A stretch of DNA of 63,790 nt, counting the filler, from Lenisia limosa (taxonomy: Eukaryota > Protista > Breviatea), in NCBI GenBank assembly GCA_001655205.1. It is 12 parts of 12 records of this genome, joined end to end, with 100 filler letters (N's around TTAATTAATTAA, not from the genome) between each part and the next. Parts side by side here need not be neighbours in the genome. Positions count along the whole stretch, not along the records: positions 56,877 to 58,406 come from LPNZ01004621.1; positions 58,507 to 60,700 come from LPNZ01006725.1; positions 60,801 to 63,790 come from LPNZ01011184.1; 9 more parts are not named here. One strand, given 5' to 3'. Below are positions 58,295 through 63,790 of this stretch, piece by piece. Within the stretch, counting starts at the first letter, position 1; each line of letters opens with the position of its first letter. Below the pieces are notes generated by a model, which did no database searches, was not told where the DNA came from, and was given only the letters and a program-made list of their open reading frames with translations. The translations under genes were made by a program, and so were the position numbers.

Positions 58295-60906
58295 ACCACC
58301 AGTTTTAGGCCGATAAATCACTATTTCACCGCTTTTAGGCCGCTAAGAATCCATTTTCCCGCATGCTAGTGGAAACCGAGTATCGCGCCCATATGGTGGA
58401 AATGGANNNNNNNNNNNNNNNNNNNNNNNNNNNNNNNNNNNNNNNNNNNNTTAATTAATTAANNNNNNNNNNNNNNNNNNNNNNNNNNNNNNNNNNNNNN
58501 NNNNNNCTGACCGCACATCAGCGCCATTCCAATTCTTCTTTGGAGATCCAACGATTTTGCCGAAACTGTCGGGTTAAAAAATACATAGCAATGAGAAAAC
58601 ACTATTTATTAATTTTAAAACATTAGGAAAAAGGGCGCGATTGATTTTGTTAATATGTTTTACCAAATTTTATCAATAACAAATTGGTAAATTTTTATAC
58701 AAGAGGTTATTTTTTTAAAAAAACTACCCCTCTACTCTGGGTCGCTCGGATCGAGTCCAATCGGGCCAAAAGAGGCCACTCCAACTCCTTTGATTACGCA
58801 GTTTTGCGTATGTTCAGTAGCCCTGGGGTGGTAAGAAATCTTTTCTTTTGAGAGCAAGGATAAATTTCAGGAGACAAATAAAAACATATTTCAATGTGAG
58901 AAAATAAAACAAGATCTGGCTGCTGCAGTTTTGGGTTTGTTCCGTAGCCTTATAGCGATAAGAAAGGTGTGGACAGCAAGGATAATAAAAAACTGAAACA
59001 CATAAAAACAGATGAAGAAATGCAAAATAAAAATATAATAATAACATGGTTATCTGGCTGAAGTAGTCCATGTATCATTCAAACAAGAGATACTGTAAAG
59101 GAATTATCTTCAAATAATACAGACTATATTTGTGACCCCCCCCCCCACACACACACACTGGACCATTGTAGGCTGGAGCTGGTATGACAAAGGTTGAAGG
59201 AAGATTATTCGGTTCGTGAAAAGTCCCTTTACGAGAATATTCTTCATCGAAATGTCCTTCCCCCCCCCCCTGCGCGCACCATTGCTCNNNNNNNNNNNNN
59301 NNNNNNNNNNNNNNNNNNNNNNNNNNNNNNNNNNNNNNNNNNNNNNNNNNNNNNNNNNNNNNNNNNNNNNNNNNNNNNNNNNNNNNNNNNNNNNNNNNNN
59401 NNNNNNNNNNNNNNNNNNNNTCTGCCGTCTGCTCCTTTGTTTCCGCGTTTTGGACCCCGGCACGGCATGTTGTTCCTCTGGGGGGTGGGGAGTAATTTGG
59501 ACAAAAAAAACCAAATCAACTCTGTTGGCTGACATGTAATACATATCATGATGTAGCATGTACATTTCTTTGATGTGTGTGTGTGGAGGGAAGGGGGGGA
59601 AAATATATGAAAAAATAAGGACCACGTCAACCCTGTTGGCTAAGCGTTGGGTTATAGATAAGGGTTAGAAACAACAAAATAAACAAAGCCCAGACCATTC
59701 GTTTCTGCAACACCGTAATCATATCATTTAAATGCGGCAACATTCAAAATATCTTTCTAGTATCAAAAAAAAAAGAAAAGAAATCTGTTCAACTTCAACA
59801 AACATATGATGGTGGCAATTGTGTTCAGTAGCAGCATCCCCTTACACAGCATACCCAAGTTCAAATCCGACGTAAACGTGTATAGGCGCCATTTCAGCTG
59901 CTTATGCAGACACAGTGCTTCTTCTCTTCTTCTCTTCTTTCCTTGCTTCTTCCAGGTGTCCCACTAAAAATATCGATGGTTTTCGGTGGCTATCGGTAAC
60001 CTCTTTGTTCATGGTCTTTTTGCTCTTTTGCACCTTTTCTGCTCTCTCTAACCTGAAACATCAATAAAAAGCACGTGTTAACTATACATATGAAATCACA
60101 ATCCTTACACATTCATCTCTAAACAACCCTCCTATTCGATCCCAGTCTCAGGAGCGCTGTAACAGGAGGTGTCCACCTTCAACGGTCGGAGGTGAACTCT
60201 TACTTTAATATGTAAAAAAAAATAGTCTAACTTCCCTTATTTAGTTCATACCTGGTATAACTTTCTTAACGGTTTATGGAGGGGAAGATATGTCTACGGT
60301 TCTTGGCCGCTGAGGGTTGGAAACTATTTTCGACACAAAAGTTCGACGACTTTTCATCATCAATCCCCCCAAAAAATATGTTCAGTGCCATCTTTAACAC
60401 TTTTTCTTGAGCTTTTTTATTTTTTGTTTCAAATATTTCCAATTCACCTCCCCCTCTCTAGGCTAGGACGATGTCGACGGCTATCAACCAGGCATGTGCC
60501 ACGCTCGAGGCCGAGGTGGACTGGGTTTAAATTATAATATATTTATACGCATAATTACATATATGATATATACATGTATATATATACATACAGATGCATA
60601 TCACACCGTCCATATATCTGTGAATTTTCCTCTATCTGTAAAAACAAGCCAAATGAACATTTTCCTTAATAGAATAAGTTGAGTATTACAGTATTTATCA
60701 NNNNNNNNNNNNNNNNNNNNNNNNNNNNNNNNNNNNNNNNNNNNTTAATTAATTAANNNNNNNNNNNNNNNNNNNNNNNNNNNNNNNNNNNNNNNNNNNN
60801 AGCATGTTTTGAAGTTGTACGTATCTCTCAATAGTATAGGAGTTTGTTAGATGTAAAATGCAGTTAAGCTTATTTGATATGAGATATAATATTGAAAGAC
60901 GCTCAC

Positions 60907-62092
60907 CTGCTTGAAGTAGTACCTGGCCTCTGGCTCGGTTAAACGTTTGCGCTTGTGAAGTAGTTCCATCATAGACTAGAATGTAAATCGTTTGAATTGC
61001 AAGAAAATACATGAACCATTAAAAACATCTAGGGAAAAGGAGGGAACATTGATAATTATTTGTCCACACCATCGCATGTGTGGGGTGCTATATTGGATTA
61101 TAGGATTATAGTAATAGTCATTCACCTAATCGTTTGCCTTCCAACTCTGAGCACAAAGCTTTCTTTCATACAAAATGATAATAACACTAATAGTATCCAA
61201 TATAAAACAAAGCAACAACAAACATAGCAATATAAATTATTTATCATATTCAATACTAGATCTGGAATCCGGCATAGCTTCAGCAACACCCTGAAGCCAA
61301 ATGTCAGCTATAATGTATCATATTCAATACTAGATCTGGAATCCGGTATAGCTTCAGCAACACCCTGAAACCAAATGTCTGCTTTACAAATCCAATGAAA
61401 ACCAAGATGACAGGCAAATTAAGAGAACAAGACAAATTTTGGGCAATAGCGGAGTTGGGTGAATGTTAAACGGTTATATAACGAGATCAACCAAAAGCAG
61501 TCTTCTGTCACACAAGGCCGTGAAACCAAAGAGCCAAGCCTACCCCGCGAGTGCAGATCTCCAAGAGGATGTAGCAGTACTTTTCATCATCGAAGAACGA
61601 GATAAACTGCACAACGTGTTTGTGTTTGAGAGAGGCGTGGATCTTGATTTCGGACATTAACTAAGGAAGGTCAGCGAAGGGCACAATCGTGCATTTTTCT
61701 GTCAATAAAAACCTTTTAGCTATTAATAAGCGCAAGAGCAGAGAAGGCAACCACAAACCTTCTCTTTGGTGGAAGCTTTGGCTAACGTCTTTTTGTCAAC
61801 ACACTTACCAGCTATGACTTGCTTTGTTTGGACATCTTGGAACTTAAATACACGCGCAAAGCCGCCCTAAACATCATATAAGAAGAAAAGAGACTAGCCC
61901 TACTTTGCCTAACTGTCTTCCCAGTAAGTACTCTTTAGGAGGGCTTGCCTTCCTATCGTACACCTTGATTGGTGCAACATTACGAGAAGGGAGATTTTCT
62001 TGGTCTCTGCTTGTTGTGGTTGAAGATATCAGAGGAACAGGCTGTTTTCTGGAGATTAACGGGACTTGTCGCCCATATCCCACAGCTGCCAT
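60907..62092 (-). CDS. PLK1: Polo-like kinase, N-terminal kinase exons (3' part beyond scaffold end, start may extend to about 62655)
   Basis: EYLLGRQLGK, FQDVQTKQVIAGKCVDKKTLAKASTKEK, MSEIKIHASLKHKHVVQFISFFDDEKYCYILLEICTR and SMMELLHKRKRLTEPEARYYFKQ. Confidence 0.88.
61242..61383. repeat. Direct duplication with about 74-bp period inside a PLK intron
   Basis: TATCATATTCAATACTAGATCTGGAATCCGG(C/T)ATAGCTTCAGCAACACCCTGAA occurs twice. Confidence 0.85.
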
Positions 62093-63790
62093 GCTTGAAC
62101 TATTAATTGAAACCTGTAAACTCGATTAGATATGTTTGAAGGTGCTTAGCTTTTTTTTTTATTATTTAAAAAAGGGTGGTTTAAAAGTGATTACTTTTGA
62201 TTAGTGATTGAGTGACTGTCAGTTCCCCCATTACTGTAATAGGTAATCTGTAACTAATACCTAAATCAACCAAGAACACCTCACTTCCCAATCAGAATAT
62301 TGCCGGAATTGGCTGGAATTTCTAAAACGCACTAAAACGTGTCTAAAAAACCTGCTAAAACGCTAAGAACCTAAAAACAAAATCAACATGCAACATACAA
62401 GGAAAGAACCGTTCAAGAACCCATTGACCCGTCCGCCAAAATCCCAGAAAATTGCCTGAAAATTGCTCTAATAAATCAAAACACAGGAAACCTAGAGGCC
62501 CAGGGCACCACAGAAGGGAATAAGACGGGCACGACGTGGGTACTTTTTGCCGAACTCCTTGCGGTAGGCGGAATGCTTCTTGCAGGACCAGATGTAGATC
62601 TGTCCGGCGGATACCATGAAGAAGAGGAAGGCTGGGAGTGTGAGGTCTTTTGCATCCTTAGGTTATATTTAATGTAGTATTGATAGATTAAAAATGAAAA
62701 GTTGTAAATGGCCGAAGCCGTCCCCACCATCACGCTTATTGGAGATATTGAATTGTTGAATAATAATAATTCACATGATTGAAATGGAATTTCTCTTTTT
62801 CTTGAAGAAAAGCCACCAACAGGGAAGGGACATGCTGAAGAAGGAGAAGGCAAACCAGGCCAGAATTTCCCAGAAGTAGTTGGCGCACGTGATTTGGTTG
62901 AATCCCCATCCGAAGGGAATGTTCTAGAAGGTTAAAACATCGATATTTATCGAGGATTTATCGAAAAATTCAGTATTTTTTGGGACCGCAGGGAAGGCCT
63001 AATCATATAATATATCCCCCCCCCCNNNNNNNNNNNNNNNNNNNNNNNNNNNNNNNNNNNNNNNNNNNNNNNNNNNNNNNNNNNNNTTTCAAGTTCAGGA
63101 ATTCAGCAACCTGTGATAATTATTCAGGTAATCAGCAACCTGCGATTATTATTGGTATTTGTCATTAAAAGACAGAGAGAATATCCATAGTTTTCAAGGA
63201 TTTATTGAGTAATTTCTTCAGCAGCACAGCAATGCAGATGAAATAATATAATGGGAGATATATAATAACTTTTAGCCAAAAAGCTGATACGTGTGATATA
63301 CACTGGCCTAAGTCCTGACACGGATATTTCGTTATTCAATCGTATCAGGACTTATCGCAGTTAGAATAATGAGAAACAAGCCCTTCCCTGCGGTCCCAAA
63401 AATGACGGGATAAATCCTCGATAAATATCAATATTATACCCATCTTTTTCGGCCGGTAGGGAAGCCCTAATAGTAGAGCTCTGTGCAATTAATTTTTGAG
63501 GAATTGTTTTTCACAAAATTAGAAATTAAAGTGTCTGGAATAGGGTTCTCATTACAATATGTCCAACTTCAAATAAGAAATTAATTTTTCAATAAATTGC
63601 ACCAAGCCCTACAACAGTGACAAACTAGCCCTTACCAGGAACACAGCAATGCAGATGTAACGGAAAGTGGAGAGTTCAGGAGAGGTGAAGTCGGGGTGGT
63701 AGATAGGGTAACCAAGAATGAGACCTCCTAAGGGGAGTAAAATTGGAAAATATATGAAAAAAAAAAAAAAAAGCCCAGATCAACTGATTA

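Noticed and set aside
33766-62092. Clustering of mitotic kinases NEK2 and PLK1
   Set aside because: They lie on different scaffolds, so their proximity comes from concatenation.

Overview
This window is not one locus. It is 12 unrelated scaffolds joined by artificial 100-nt linkers (44 N + TTAATTAATTAA + 44 N) at 7249-7348, 14748-14847, 17588-17687, 20056-20155, 22259-22358, 48874-48973, 52147-52246, 55460-55559, 56777-56876, 58407-58506 and 60701-60800. Eleven scaffolds come from an intron-rich unicellular eukaryote with short GT-AG introns. Recognisable genes there are a CLEC16A/TT9 homologue, a NEK2-like kinase, a probable NUP85, YJU2, a bacterial-type zinc-finger SAM methyltransferase, the CFAP43 C-terminus, a copine/RGLG vWA protein, a polo-like kinase and a Sushi-repeat protein, plus several MITE-like and dispersed repeat families. 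One scaffold (7349-14747) is bacterial and Bacteroidota/Flavobacteriaceae-like (T9SS C-terminal domain, SusC-type plug, AT-rich). It consists entirely of an integron-like gene-cassette array with 9 non-canonical attC-like palindromic elements; the five complete ones measure 123-126 bp from AAC to GTT. They separate apparently promoterless one- or two-gene cassettes. Each cassette starts GTT-N7-A and ends C-N7-AAC, where N7 is cassette-specific and complementary between the two ends of the same cassette. The element stems fold better on the bottom strand. Cargo includes secreted and lipoprotein genes, orphans and a TcmP gene probably followed by DUF5131. No integrase is visible in the window. 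All assignments come from manual reading and motif recall, with no database searches. Eukaryotic gene ends are approximate.
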